From Chrysomallon squamiferum (taxonomy: Eukaryota > Animalia > Mollusca): DNA of 64,000 bases. Positions 1 to 19,009 of the stretch are shown here, piece by piece (the first letter of the stretch is position 1; each line of letters starts with the position of its first letter). Location: positions 8,060,001-8,124,000 of the forward strand of contig CM022675.1 of assembly GCA_012295275.1 (NCBI GenBank), in the 5' to 3' direction. The translations under genes and the position numbers were made by a program. Below the pieces are notes generated by a model. It worked only from the letters and a program-made list of their open reading frames with translations. It had not been told where the DNA came from and did no database searches.

Positions 1-621
1 TTGTACTGTATTGTATTGTGTTATGTTGTTTTCTGTTGCATTATATTACATTTATGTTATACTAGACTATGCTATGTTGTTATGTTATACTGTTACGTTA
101 TTTTATATAAAATATATTTTGTATAAGGTATAGATATGAATGTATACACAATGCACACGATGTATGAACACACACATACGCACACATATACATATATATG
201 TAACATAAAATATAAATATAATATAATACAATATAATATAATATAATATAATATAATATAATATAATATAATATAACATAACTATAATATAATATAATAT
301 AACATAATATAATATAACATTTATACAGTTTAATACAATATAATGTAATTCAATCCCAAATAATATGATATAATATAAAATAGTGTTGTACCGTATTTTT
401 TGTATTTTGTTTATTGTTATACAAAATTTACATATCACTGTTAGAAATGATTATCATTTCGCTAATATTATCATCATTTTATGTTCTCTACGTGTGTTTT
501 GAAATATTCATTTTTATTATATATATTTTTAAAACTATAATCATATTATACATCTCTACATAAGCAAGAGAATATTAACTGTATGAAAAAATATATATCT
601 ATCTATCTATATATATATATC

Positions 622-654
<33 letters not shown>

Positions 655-1213
655 TAAATAAAATACAAAACAGTCCAATTATATACTGACAGGATGGGAT
701 GACATTGCTTTCGTTTGTCTTAATTTACCATTCAGTTTTATTAGAAGAAGAAGAAGAAGAAGAAGAAGAAGAAGAAGAAGAAGAAAACGAGGAGGAGTCT
801 GAGGGAAGAAAAGAAGACAGGAAGAAAAAAAAAAAAAGAAAAAAAAAATGACGAAAATCTAAGGATGAGTCTCTGAACTCACTTAAAGGGGGAAACGACC
901 ACAATAATGTTGACAGCAACAACGACAACAACAACAACAACAACAACGTAATCGAGATATTTTAAATGCGTTGTTAATATGGTAATGAATGTAGAAGATT
1001 ATTCATTATTAATCTTAAGTATACTGAGCGTAAAATGTATGGGACGAGTTATTGTCAGGTAATGAGATTTTAACGACTATGACAGCATTTGCAAGTCTCT
1101 TTGAAACCGAGCGATCACGTAATTTAGACTAAAATAAAAACTATTTTTGACTTTTTAATTTGTCAGTGTGAATAGGATAAAAGTACATTACGGAGGACAT
1201 TAATAACAATAAC

Positions 1214-1280
<67 letters not shown>

Positions 1281-1341
1281 TAATAATAATAATAATATAA
1301 TAATAATAATAATAATAAAAAAATAATAATAATAATAATAA

Positions 1342-1374
<33 letters not shown>

Positions 1375-1785
1375 TAATAATATTAATAATAACAATAACA
1401 CTAATAAAAACAATAACAATAAAAATAATAATAATAATAATAATCATCATCATCATCATCATCATCATTATTATTATTACAAATTGTTTATTTGTCTTTC
1501 CTTTTTAGTCTTTTTTCTTTCATTTATACTTTTTTCTTCCTTTCTAATTTATTTTTGAAACAAAGCAAAGAATAAAAAAATAAAAAATAATAATAAAAAT
1601 AAAATAAAAGTGTCTCGACCGTTCTTCAAGCCAAAGGCAGATATAAATAGACAGTCTCTGGTTTCCTTTCGCTGTAAAGATTTGTGTGAGAGACAAACAA
1701 CTGCAGTGAGTTTAATTTGAAACCTCGCAACATAAATAACACACTTCTGTCTCAAACAGCCAGCGTCAAGCTATTCATATTACAG

Positions 1786-2960
<1,175 letters not shown>

Positions 2961-5422
2961 TCCTATCTTTTATGAAGACCTCCACACAATAATACGAATA
3001 GGTTTGTTCGTTAAAAAAAATGTACACATGCCTTTCTCCTCGTGTATATTAACTTGCACACTGTGACCACTTCCACCAACGTCCTGTGTCACTGTGTACC
3101 CTTCACGGTTCACCGAACCCGCACCGAAGTCCACACAAACAGAAGTAATTTGTCAGAGAGAAAGCAAATCAATTAACTCTGTCAAAAGAGCGCGGTATTA
3201 ATCTCCATAATCGAAGCAACATCATCGGGAGCTGATGCTAATTCTCAGAAGTTTTCAGAAATCGACGTAATTTGTCTGTATTCGCGCACTCGTCAAACCA
3301 CCCTGCTCTAATTCCGTTTTTCTTATCCCCTGTCTATCTCTCTCTCTTTTTCTTTCTCTCTATTCTAATCCATCGCTGATAATTTAACCAACACCAGGCG
3401 CGAGGGAAATGTGTGTGTTTAAAGGCCGCGACGATCAATGGTCGAGCAAACACGAAATAAACGCCCGAAATCCCTAAACGAATTCGGCGACGCCTAACGA
3501 TAAACTGGAAATGTTTGCGATGTAATTGTCACCTTTGAGCGGCCGTTGATTGCTGTTTTACATGGATTCTATTGCTTGCGAGATTTCGAGAACCTCGAGG
3601 GACGATATACACTGAGTAAATGTTAATGCATTTTGTATGAAGTTTGTCCAGCAAATGCGTTGATCTTCTTCTTTTTTTTTTTTTTTTTTTTTTTTTTAGC
3701 ATGTTGGAAAATGGAGGTAAAAAGAAAGAAAAAGAAGAAAAAAAAAAAAGGAAAATGGAAGAAGGAAACTCTATTAAAGAGAAAAGTGAAATGGTGCAGA
3801 TTATAAATTCCTCGTTGTCGAAGTTGTTATAATGTTGTTACGAAAAAAATATATATATCGTTGCTATGATACTGGTTGTTATTCTGTGTTAAAACGGTTG
3901 TCATTCTTTTTTGGTAATATAATTGTTTTTTGGGGGTGGAGAAGTCTGTGGGGTTTTTATGTTGCTTTTTTGTTGTTTTTTATGTTGCTTTTTTTTTTTT
4001 TTTTTGTTGTTGCTGTTCCACCTTACCCTCTTCTCTTCCACCTTACCCTCTTCCTCCTCCTTTTTTTCTTCTTCTTCATTTTCTTTTGTTGTTGTTGTTA
4101 TTATTATTGTTGTTGTTGTTGTCATTTGGTTATTGCTATTGTTTTTCTTATTCTTGTTTCTTCATTCAGTTTATTTCGTGACTTATAATTTGTAATCGGT
4201 TCTATCATTCATTCATTCATTCATGCATTCATTCATTCATTTCTGTCTCCCAAGAAGGTAGGTTATTATTATTTTGCCCGGCATTGTAGAAGAATTCAAT
4301 TTAAAACTTTCTGTTACAAATAGTCTGTCTTGCTCGGTTCCTCTACAATAATAAATAAATAAAAAAAAAATCAAATTAAAAAATCAAAAAAATCATTGAA
4401 GTATGTTTTGAGTGAGAAACTGAATTGTTCACTTCATTATCTGAACTGGTGAGAACTGGAGAAATTTAAAAAAATAAATAAATAAATAAATAAACAGGGA
4501 AAACAGATAAATATATAAAAAGACAAACAGACAAACAAATAAATAAGTAAATAAATAAATAAACAAATATATAAACAAACAATCAAACAAACAAACAGAG
4601 ATAAAAACAGACTAACAAAACAAAACAAAACAAAACAATAAATAAATAAATAAATAAATAAATAAATCTTCTTGCGCATTTTTTTAAAATGAACGACACG
4701 TAATTTACTCGGTTCGTTAAATTCGTCTCCTTTGAGCAGACTAAAACAGCATTTTACGAGTCACGAACGTTAAATACGTTTCCTTAAAACCAATTTAAAC
4801 GTATCTATAGAGAAGTCAAATTATCTTGTCTATCAACACCTTAACCTGAATAAACAATGGACGCTAGTCTCGATCACTGAAGATCACACGTAACCGAACT
4901 CAGGGGTGGGCTGGTAATGAGTCAACCGGATGTAGCGAAGCCGGAAAAAAGGCGACCAGTGCCGGAAATTGCCGACGTGTCTCTCGCAACTTTGGCTGCG
5001 ATACCATCTGTAAAACGACGGTCGCGTTAGTAACGATGGCGGTTAATTGGATGAAAAGTCGTGATGGCTGAGTCCTCGACTTGAATATTATTAGGAAAAG
5101 TGCAGCAAAACTTCATCAGGTTTTTTTTTTTATAAAAATAACTTGTTGAACGCGTCGTCTGGCAAACAAAACAGCTTTCGGAGTTAATTAGTGCCTTCCT
5201 TTCAGCTTCAACTGTTCTTTCATTTTCTGCTGCTTCTTCTTCTTCTTAAGGTTCTTTTTCTTCTTCTTCTTCGTCTTCTTCTTCTTCTTTTTTTTGTTGT
5301 TGTTGTTGTTGTTGTTGTTCTTCTTCTTCTTCTTCTTCTTCGCCTTCTTCTTGATCTTCTTCTTCGACTTTTTCTTCTTCTTCTTCGTCTTCTTCTTCTT
5401 CTTGTTATTTTTTCTTCTTCTT

Positions 5423-5453
<31 letters not shown>

Positions 5454-5774
5454 TTATTATTATTTTTTTTTTTCGATTTTCTGTTGGCTCATGACAGTTT
5501 TCTCTTTGCATATTTACGTCCGTGACATTTGTACTTTTAATCGTTAATCTGAATAAAACATCAAATTTAACTCAGCTCATTTAAATTAGAAACACAACAA
5601 AAAAAAAACCCACATGTTTAAGTGTCAGCTCTTAATATATATAACAGAATCATTTTGCGTAAGGTTTCTAACATTTAACACGTAACCAAATATTTCCAAT
5701 ATAGGAACATCATGAAACATCGCCTGAAAGAAAAATATATATATATATTTCAATGACGTCTGAGAAACACACAC

Positions 5775-5842
<68 letters not shown>

Positions 5843-6346
5843 GAAAGAAAAAAAAAGAATAAAGGAAAAAGAGAGAAAGAAGAAAAAAAATAAAGAACTG
5901 TATTTTTTTTTTTTTGAAGCCAGATCTATTAACTTTCATAAAACATCCATCGCAGAAGTGATTAAAATAATTATTTTATTTCAGTCTTTATTTGAGTAAT
6001 TTATTTTCTCAATTACCCGATGCTTTACGTAATTCCCTACATATTTCAGTCGTTGTATGCAAACTGCACGTTTCAACTATCGATAAAATAACATTAGAAA
6101 AATTTGTTGAAAAAGCAAAAACCGTTCATTCCCGTGACAATTTCAAATTCGTGACAGCTTTCAACAAATATACACACACACCCACCCAAAAATAAATACT
6201 GTAAAACGCACACAAATCAAAATGAATAAACGAAGAACAAAAAACCCAACAACAACATAATAGTAATAAAAAAAAAAAATAAAAATAAATAAAAATAAAA
6301 AATGACAATAAATAAGTTTAGTACAGCTAGGCCACAAAATGTTTTA

Positions 6347-6437
<91 letters not shown>

Positions 6438-7723
6438 ATAGATATAGATATATACATGTATATGTCAATGACATTATATAATACGTTGCGTTATATAAAC
6501 AAAAAGCCTAACATTCTTAGCCATTTGATTCATTTTGTTAAAATATAAATTTCAAATGAAGACAGACATTATCTCCCATTAGTGGAGATCGTTAACCTAA
6601 GCGCATAAAATGATATGTGCAATAAATAAATGAATGGATGAAGGTTTTTTTTTTTTTTTTTTTTCTTTCTACCATAAAACGCAAACTTTTGACTGAAAGT
6701 AGAGTTATACTACTTATAATGAATAAACAAATAAATACATAATTAAACAGAGAAGTAAATAAATAAATAAATGAACAAATAAATGAATACATAAATAAAT
6801 TAATAAATAAATACGTAATAAATAAATAAACAAACAAACAAACAAACAAACAAATAAATAAATAACAAACGAACAAAAAACAAACTGATAAAAAAACAAA
6901 AACTAAAAATCAATACACAATCAAAAAAACCTAACAACAAACAAACAAATAAATAAACAAACAAACAAACAGAATAAACAAAACAAACACACAAACAAAA
7001 CAAAACAAAACAAAACAAAACAACGAAAGCGACGAAGAAACAAACAACAAAAATAAAACCAAACTTCTGTTTCAAATAGCAAAGTTCAACATGCATCAGT
7101 TATTTTTGTTCTCTTTTCATTTTTGTTCTCTTGTCGATTTTTATTTTTTTTTTTTTTTTTTTTACCGTCTATCCAACTCGAGTAATAACACGAGCAGTAA
7201 TTATGTTTGCCGTCATTCATAAAATATCTGAAAACTTCTCACAACGTACATCATCCACGCTCGCCATTGAGAAAATCTGGCAGTCAAGGAAAACGGCGCA
7301 GGTTTTATGAAATGCCAAAGGTGGTTTCAAGAGATGACATTTTATCCTTCTCTGTGATGTGTGCAGTGAAGAGACGTTTTGTTAGATGAATAAAGCTAGA
7401 GTGAAGGGAAATGATGTTCAGTTTTTGCCAACGTATATGTGTGCCTGTGCGTAGTAGGTATGTATGTGTGTGCGAATGCGTGCGTATGTCTGTATATGTA
7501 TGTGTGTGCGTATTTCTGTTAGGGTATATATATATATATACTGAATTCGCATGCGTATATGTGTTTGTTGATTTTAATTTTTATTTGTATATGTTATTAA
7601 CTTTTTTTTTTCTTTTTTTTTTTTTTTTTTTTTCTGTAACAGATATCATTATAAGAGTGAGATACAAAGATAAATTGACGTACAAATATGGATGTACACA
7701 CACACACATATTCAGCCACACAT

Positions 7724-8120
7724 AAACATATACACACCTACATACCTATATAACTACCTAACTACATGAAAAAGTACATGCATACATACATTCACATATT
7801 CAAACATAAACATATACACACCTACATACCTATATAACTACCTACCTACCTGCCTACGTACATATATACATACATACATTCACATATTCAAACATAAACA
7901 TATACACACCTACATACCTATATAACTACCTACCTACCTGCCTACGTACATATATACATACATACATTCACATATTCAAACATAAACATATACACACCTA
8001 CAAACCTATATAACTACCTACCTACCTGCCTACATACATGCATACATACATTCACATATTCAAACATAAACATACACACACCTATATACCTATATAACTA
8101 CCCGCCTACTTACATGCATA
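7724..8120. repeat. Minisatellite, 84-88-bp unit, about 4.5 copies
   Basis: aaacatatacacacctacatacctatataactacc...cattcacatattcaaacat recurs near 7724, 7808, 7896, 7984 and 8068. Confidence 0.9.
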
Positions 8121-8684
8121 CGTAGGAATACACATACAAATATGAAAAACATTGCTCATCTCATTAGTTAACTCTTATTAATTCTTCCTATTTGTTTTCC
8201 CTATTTCATCAGACGTCCGTTTACAATAGTAACATCTTCTTTTCTTCTTTTGAAATATATATATATATTATATATATATTTGTTTATCTATTTCAGACCA
8301 CATATGGCGTTCGATACATCAAGATATTGATTTCCAAAGGACCAGTAGAGCTCTGTAAGCTTTTTTTCTTCTTCTTCTTCTTTTTGTTTTTTTTTGTCGT
8401 GTTTTTTATGGAGAATAATAATTAATTTATATCTGTATACATATGTGTGTATGTGTTTTTTTTTAACATCTCTCATCTTTAATTGTGTGTTTCTTGATTA
8501 GTTTCTGGTCCAGACCTGTGACAGGATAATAACAGCAGGACTCGAGAGGTTTAGGTTTATCGTAAACACTTGAGCTGTTTGTGGTTCTTTGTCTGCCGAG
8601 AAAAAGAGAGAGGCGAAAATAGATAATGTTAAAAATAAAAGAGTAGAAATGAAAGATAATCAGAGAGATAGCGACAGAAATAGG

Positions 8685-9132
<448 letters not shown>

Positions 9133-9648
9133 GAAAACTTTATCATACAAATACATCAATGCACATAATCATTAAAACACACCAATACTCGTACATGTCT
9201 GGACGCACGCAGAGATAAACAAAAAATCCATTCACCCGTTTACGTATTTATTTTCATCATCTCTGATATTTGTCTTAAATCTGTTTCTCCTGCCATTGTA
9301 TTCGTTCTTTTCAAGCAAATTACAAAATCACAGAAATAGAAATTAGATATAAAAAAATCTAATCTGCGAATTACCATCTAATGATTTTTGAGAGTATTGT
9401 TCGTCGAAGGCTCGTCTTAATTTTAAACAAATGGCTTCTTCCCTGCAAAGAACTTAATTTGCAAAGTAACGAAAACGGTCGAAGATTTGTTTTACGTTTT
9501 CGCTAATCTGTCATTCGTGTCTATTTTGTTGATTTAAATTGTTTCGCTGAAATCTTTCGAATTTTCTTGAAGATTCTTTCTTTTGTCGTTTTTTTTTTTT
9601 TTTTTTTTTAATGTTTGTTGATCACTGTTATAATTATAAATATATGTA

Positions 9649-9684
<36 letters not shown>

Positions 9685-9749
9685 ATAATAATTATAATCA
9701 CAATGGGAGAAAAACTGATTATTTTCATTATCAATCAGCAGTAATACAA

Positions 9750-9787
<38 letters not shown>

Positions 9788-10247
9788 GAAATAATAATTA
9801 TAATGAATAAATACATAAATAAATAAATATAAATAAGTAAGTGAAGAAACACACACATAAAAAAAACAACATAAAAAAAAAAAAAAAAAAAAAAAACAAT
9901 TAACAAACAGACAAACAAACAAACAATCTAATAAATAAATAAATAAATAAATACATAAACGATCATACTAAAATAAATGCCACTCCCGAAAGTGATGCAT
10001 TCACTAATCAAGCCTTTCTCTGGGGAACAATTATTGTTTTGCAGTTATTTATTTATTGGACACTTTACGGTAAACTTGGATAACACTATCACGTCCCACG
10101 CAAGGTCATTTTAAGTTGAAGCGAAGAAATCCAATCACGCAACGGAACGCTTAACACTGGATTTTAAATGGCCAATTTGGTTTCGTTTAATCGTATACCG
10201 TTCTGCCGTATTCTTCTAAATAAATCTTGCTAGATGAACCTTTTTCG

Positions 10248-10281
<34 letters not shown>

Positions 10282-10497
10282 TATAATATAATAATAAGAA
10301 GAAAAGGAAAGAAAAAATAGTGTATGGCAAGGACAGCAAATCATATTCTATTGAAAAAAAAATAAAAAAAATAAAAAAAATGAATAAAATGGTGCCTAAG
10401 CTTTACTTACTTTATGTTGCCAATGCCAAACACTTCGCTTTGATTAGTCTGCGAAACATTTAAATCATTTTTGCTTTACTGTATGATTTTATTATGA

Positions 10498-10529
<32 letters not shown>

Positions 10530-10530
10530 G

Positions 10531-10561
<31 letters not shown>

Positions 10562-11518
10562 AGTTTCTTGTTGTTTCTATTATAATAATTTTAAAATAAT
10601 TATTATCATTATCATCGTCATCATCAACATCATCATCATCAACATCATCATCATCATCAACATCGTCGTCGTCGTCAACAGCTATAGTTTTACTGCTGTC
10701 TCTCATAATTTGCCTGAAGCAAATTGACTAAAATAAAATTCTGCAAAAAACAACAAAAAAACAAACAAACAACGATATGTAAGTAAAAAAAACAACAACC
10801 CCCCTCCCAAAACAAAACTAAACAACTTACCTACGTCTGTGAAATTCGTGCACGCTTGTCGTGGACATAGCTGGCGGTCTGTTTAGCTCGTAAACCCCGG
10901 CTGACTTTGCTAACACGTATATTATTCTGCAGTGCATGCAGAGAGAGAGAGAGAGACAGACAGACGTTCGCGAACTCGGGTGAAGACTGCAAAGTATGCA
11001 AAGTCTGGCACGCCTGCACGGCTAAGATTTCCGTTTCCATTTCAGCCTCGTCTTTTCCTTCGCAGACGTAATTTACAATTTAACGAACATGTTAAAAACA
11101 AGACTTCCATTTCGACTAGGACGTAATTTGGGCCAGTGTGTGTTTTCTGTGACGACAATGCGGGAATGCATGCTGATTTCTTCCACCCACAGAAATGATT
11201 TGTTGTGGGTTTTTTTTTAAACTTTATTATTATTAATGTCTGGTCGCCATTTTCTGAGTCCCTGTAACTGATCTTGTACTTTGTTACGTAATATGATGAA
11301 AAAGCCATGAACTTTTGCGTGTGTACATATGTGTGTCTATGTGTCTGTGTGTGTGTGTGTGTGCATACAAAACGAGAGAGCTAGAGAGGGACAGATCAAC
11401 AGATCGAAAGAGCCTGAACTAGAAATATATAGAAAGATACATACATACATATATAAAGATACACGTACATACTCGCATACACGAACACACATAAAAACAT
11501 ACATATGGCATTTTCAGA

Positions 11519-11879
<361 letters not shown>

Positions 11880-12120
11880 TCGTAGAAAATATTTTACATC
11901 TTCTTCCTTGTAAAACACAACAATGGCAGACTAAAAATAATTCAATGGTTTCTGGCTCTGCGAGTGAGAAGGCGTCTTCATCATCTTTATATCATCCGCT
12001 GGTGACGTCGCTAATGAAGTCACTTTGAAATAGTTGTCGTCGTTCCAGCTGAGCTTTGCTGCCAACGTTGATGCCGTGTGGGAGGACTTAACAATTTTTT
12101 TGTTCTTTCTTTCTTTCTCT

Positions 12121-12154
<34 letters not shown>

Positions 12155-13331
12155 GAAAAAAAGAACAAAATTTCATTTCCTGTTTATTGTGGTCTTTGTG
12201 TTTATTAATGTTCTAAAGTGCAAACATTAAGAGAACATGGAAACTTTATCTGTTCCATGCGTCTTTATCTTTATCTTTTTTTTCTCTTTGTCTTTATTTT
12301 CTCTTTGTCTTTGTCTTTATTTTCTCTTTCTCTTTATCTTTGTCTTTATTTTCTCTTTCTCCTTATCTTTGTGTTTATTTTAGCTTTATCTTTATTTTAT
12401 CTTTATCTGTATCTTTGTCTATATCTTCTCTTTCTCTTTATCTTTGTCCTTTTCTTTATCGTCATCATAATCGTCATCGTATTCATATGTTATTCAGACG
12501 AAACTATTTTGTTGTGAATGTTGCTGAAGTTTGTCAGTATTGCTGTTGTTGTTGTTGTTGTCGGTGATACTAACTTGTCGTGGTTGCAAAAGTGACAATA
12601 ATTCTGGCTTTGCATAATTCGGATGATGTCGTAAATAATAAAAGATTAAACACCATAAGTATAATAGGTATAAAGCATTTTATCCGGTATTGCTTAAACA
12701 CACACAGAGACACACATACATACATACACACCCTCACATATACATACACACCTCAATTATATATAAATATATGCATATATACACACACATAAACACACAC
12801 ATACACACGCATATACACCCAACTGAAGGTCTATTTCGTCGATACACAAACACAGAGACATAGAAACGTATCAGAGTTTGTTTGAACTCATTTCTAATTT
12901 CAGAGACTGACAGGTGTGAAATAATTAACTAAAAATCACTGAGGGAATTTCGCTGACACCACACAAGTAACGTCGACAGTTTGAGTCGGTTGGCACAGAT
13001 AACCACGATTAGTTCTGTTGTACTCGGCGGTTCAGAATAGAAGTGAGTGGAATAAAGACAGAAATAAACTGAAATAACACGTAAATCTTTATCAAATTTT
13101 TTTTTTTTTTTTTTTGTGATGGAAACTTTAGACTTGTGTTTTATTCAATTATTGATTTATTTATTTGTTTGTTTGTTTGTTTGTTTGTTTGTTTGTTAGT
13201 TTGTGTGTTTGTTTATTGTTTGTTTGTTGTTGTTGTTGTGTTTTCTCTGTTTATATATATTATTATATTTTATTTACACACTAAAATATCTATTTCCAGT
13301 TTGTACTGAAATCTCTGCCTCTTCATTCTGT

Positions 13332-14211
<880 letters not shown>

Positions 14212-14296
14212 ACAAATCTTATTTTTATTGTTATTATTTTCTTGTTGATGACTCCCGGATTTCTCAGGGTTTTATTAAAATAATAAAAGTAACATA

Positions 14297-14330
<34 letters not shown>

Positions 14331-14445
14331 ACAACAACAACGACAATAACAACAACAACCACAATAATTACAACCACAACAGCAATCATAAATCACACTC
14401 AATTTCTTAATCATAATAACAATAAAAATATCAACATCAGTAATA

Positions 14446-14480
<35 letters not shown>

Positions 14481-14528
14481 CATAATAATAATAATAATAA
14501 TAATAATCATATTGATACGACAATAACG

Positions 14529-14634
<106 letters not shown>

Positions 14635-15615
14635 TGATGATGTTGATGATGATAAAAAAAAACATAATCTTCACTTTCAGTTTCAAAGGATCACATCAAT
14701 ATTTTGCCATGTTGTTTCTTGTGTCTCTCTTATTCCGATAATCAGAAAACTCAATATTATTTTTAATCAAAGGGGAATTTACTCATACACAACACTTTGT
14801 GAATTGAAAACTCAGTATTATTTTTCATCAACGTCAATTTATTTATATACGACACTCTGTGAGTTGTTTGCGGAGTAAAAGTGTTGACATTTCACACGTA
14901 TGTAACGATTAACTATCTTCTGTTTCGTTCAATAATTTTGTGTCTGGATTATCTTCTATTTTCATTTCCTTAACATTATTTATTTATTTATTTTGTTTTG
15001 TTTATTTGTTTGTTTGTTTGTTTGTTTGTTTGTTTGTTTGTTTGTTTATTTATTTATTTAGTTGCATATGTATGTTTGTCTGTATTTATTTTAAATAAAT
15101 TTATTTATTTGCTTATTCATTTATTTACCTGTTTATTTATTTATTTATTAATTAATTAATTTATTTATTTATTTATTATTTATTTATTTATTTATATAAT
15201 TAATTAATTAATTTATTCATTTATTTATTTTATTTATTTATTTATTATATTATATTATATTATATTTAATTGCTTATTTATTTATTTATTTATTTATTTA
15301 TTTGTTTGTTTGTTTGTTTGTTTGCATGCTTGCTTGTTTTATTTTATTTTATCTTATTTTTAATATTTTATTTTATTTCAATTCATTTCATTTTACTTTT
15401 CTTTATTTCATTTTACTTTATTTTATTTATATAAAATCATTGTTAAATTATCCTCCAGCTCCACACATATTTATTACTCTGATTTTTTTTTTTTTTTTTT
15501 CACTTGGTTTTTTTAAACATCATTTTTCTTGTCTCATTTTTTTTTCTCCCATTACAAATTCGATTGTTTTCTGTCTCATTGTTTCTTCTAATAGTACATG
15601 TCATTAAATTTTCAC

Positions 15616-16185
15616 AATGTACTGGATGAAGGTGTCTGACCTTCTGATGTGTCTACGATAGTTCATTCCACCTTCGCGATATTATGTCATCGTCTAGATA
15701 TCATTTGTATATCATCTGTATATCATTTATATCATCTGTATATCATCTATATATCATCTGTATATCATTTGTATATCATCTGTATATCATTTGTATATCA
15801 TCTGTATATCATATCATTTGTATATCATCTGTATATCATATATATTATCTGTATATCATTTGTATATCATCTGTATATCATTTCTATATCATCTGTATAT
15901 AATCTGTAGATCATCTGTATATCATCTGTATATCATCTGTATATCATCTGTGCATCATCTGTATATCATCTGTATATCATTTGTATATCATCTGTGTATC
16001 ATCTGAATATCATCTGTATATCATTTCTATATCATCTGTATATCATTTCTATATCATCATATCATTTCTATATCATCTGTATATAATATATATTATCTGT
16101 ATATCATCTGAATATCATCTGAATATCTGTTTTATTAAAGGCTGGCATGCTAATGGATTATTATTATTATTATTATTATTATTGT
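15616..16185. mobile_element. Dispersed non-autonomous element, copy 1, with internal 11-bp minisatellite (TATATCATCTG)n and (TTA)n tail
   Basis: Left flank aatgtactggatgaagg...tctacgatagttcattcca and right flank tattaaaggctggcat..taat.gattattatt are shared with 41180-41460 in the same orientation. Confidence 0.7.
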
Positions 16186-16320
16186 CGTTGTTGATGTTGT
16201 TGTTGTAATTATTCCTATAGTTCTTGATCTTATAATATGACAAGTATTTTTGTTCTTGGTTTTATTATTCCAGCAGATGTTCTTTTGATTATTGTTACGA
16301 TCAAATTCTTCATCAGCACT

Positions 16321-16389
<69 letters not shown>

Positions 16390-16816
16390 CACAGACAGGC
16401 CCATTAAGATTGTGGACATAAATAACAGATTGAGCAGTTTACTTTTGAAAGAAAAGCAAAATCAGGTTCGTGTTTTAATAACAGGTATCAATGGAGTGTT
16501 TATGAAAACTGCAGATCTTTGTTTCCTTTCCATTTAACTCTAATTTGTTTTGTCCTGCCTGCCTGCACGATGGGCAAACATTGCTCGCCTACATTAATTA
16601 CTGCTCAATACGGCACTGGAAGCTTTCTATAAACGCCAGAATTATTTGTTTCCTTCTTAACTCCTCGCCTTACCAAATACGCCTGTTCTTCGATACAGGT
16701 TTGTACACACAACGCAACTTGCCTCTGCCATGTGAGATATAAAATCAATGGGTGTACGGAAGAAAATTAACAGCTGCCTTCTAGTGATGCTGTTAAGAGT
16801 TCTCTTTCTCTGTCTG

Positions 16817-16903
<87 letters not shown>

Positions 16904-17387
16904 GGTTGTCTCTCACCCCAACACAAATATTTATGAGTCATTAAAATAACAACTACAACAACAGCAGCAGCAGCAACAACAACAACAACAATAACAAAAA
17001 CAATAACAATAATAACAACAGTACTACTACTACTAATATTACTGCTACTACTAATAATACTACTAATAATAAAAGTAGTAGTATTTATTCAGAGAACATA
17101 TTACAGTTTATTTATTATCTCATAACCTGCAGTCTGTTATTCCCTTGGGCACTGTACAATTTATCCAAGTCGTGCAGTGTTAACGTGCCTTTAGCAGAAG
17201 ATTACGACTAGGCCTAATAGTGTTGCTCTTTGACAATCTTCGCCACTCCCGATCAGAAGAAAAACAAAAACTGAAATGAAAACCGCACGAAACAGGAAGA
17301 CTGGTCTTGAATTTATAAAAAGTTTATTTGTCAAAACACGACACGCCAAAGTGGGGGTAGAGACTTGTGCCCAAGGTTGAAGAGTCT

Positions 17388-17491
17388 TGTTATTATTATT
17401 ATTATTATTGTTATTGTTATTATTGTTATTATTATTGTTATTCTTCTTCTTCTTATTATTAATATTGTTATTATTACTATTAGTGTTATTA

Positions 17492-17550
<59 letters not shown>

Positions 17551-17593
17551 GTTATTATTATTATTGTTATTATTATTATTATTGTTATTATTA

Positions 17594-17660
<67 letters not shown>

Positions 17661-17668
17661 TATTATTA

Positions 17669-17701
<33 letters not shown>

Positions 17702-17707
17702 TATTAC

Positions 17708-17753
<46 letters not shown>

Positions 17754-18085
17754 TATTATTATTATTTATTGTTATTGTTGTTATTATTATTTATTATTAT
17801 TATTTGTTGTTTTTATTGTTATTATTATTATTATTATCATTATCGCTATCGTTATCATTATCATCATCATTAACCACATTATATGTACCAGTAGTGGTGA
17901 TTGTAATAATATTAGTAGAAGCAGTACTGGTGTTAGTAGTAGTAGCAGTAGAAGTAGTAACGGTAGTAACTGTAGTAGGAGCACTAGTGTTTACTATAAT
18001 ACTCCAAATTATTTTATCAAATTATTGTTATTATTATTATTATTAGTAGTAGTAGTAGTAGTAGTAGTAGTAATAGTAGTAGTAG
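17388..18085. repeat. (ATT)n / (GTA)n trinucleotide microsatellite complex
   Basis: Direct reading. Confidence 0.93.
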
Positions 18086-18563
18086 CATATAATGTTGGGT
18101 TATATAATTTACCAACATCTACACTCTTATGTTCACCATAATCAGAGCACAAACAACATCGTTATGATTACAAAAACATCATCATCGTCATCATCATCAT
18201 CATCATCAGTTATCATCACCGACATATCCGTAACCATCGTCCGTCAGCGACATCATTGCAGTAAGACAACTTCATTACCATCAGACACTGCAGTGCTCAA
18301 AACAGCGACATCCGACGCTTGAAGAGATATTGATAAAAAAACATCTCCGTACTGGAGAGAACGGTAGGCAGGATTAACTTAATTCAGTTCCTCAACGTCT
18401 CCTTTTCATCAGCAGCGACTACGTCGTGCCGACTGCACAATGAAGAGAAAATTAATAAATTCTGCAACGATCGGGTCAGAGGAATATAGGTCTGTTACCG
18501 TTAATGTCTGTTACGTTCAATACTACGAGTGTTTCTGTTTGTAATAACGTTTGTGCGAGCTAA

Positions 18564-18672
<109 letters not shown>

Positions 18673-18960
18673 GTCTGTTTGTTTGTTTGTTTGTCTGTCT
18701 TTCTGTTTGTGGATTTGATGTAACGTTTATAGATGTTCAAGGCGGATAAAGTCATTTGTTTATGACTTGATAAATATTTTGTGTCGCTGTCGAGATTTGA
18801 ACCTCGTTCGTCCGAATGAAGACGGTAATATAACTGATTTAGTGAAATAAATTTATAAAATACATTAAGTGATGGGAAATGCAAAATCGTATAAGATGTA
18901 TGTATGTATATATGTATGTATGTATGTATATGTATGTATGTATGTATGTGTTTATTATTA

Positions 18961-19009
<49 letters not shown>

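Noticed and set aside
15684-16130. SSVYHLYII / ICISFVYH repeat ORFs
   Set aside because: Translation of the 11-bp minisatellite inside a dispersed repeat; the period is not a multiple of 3.
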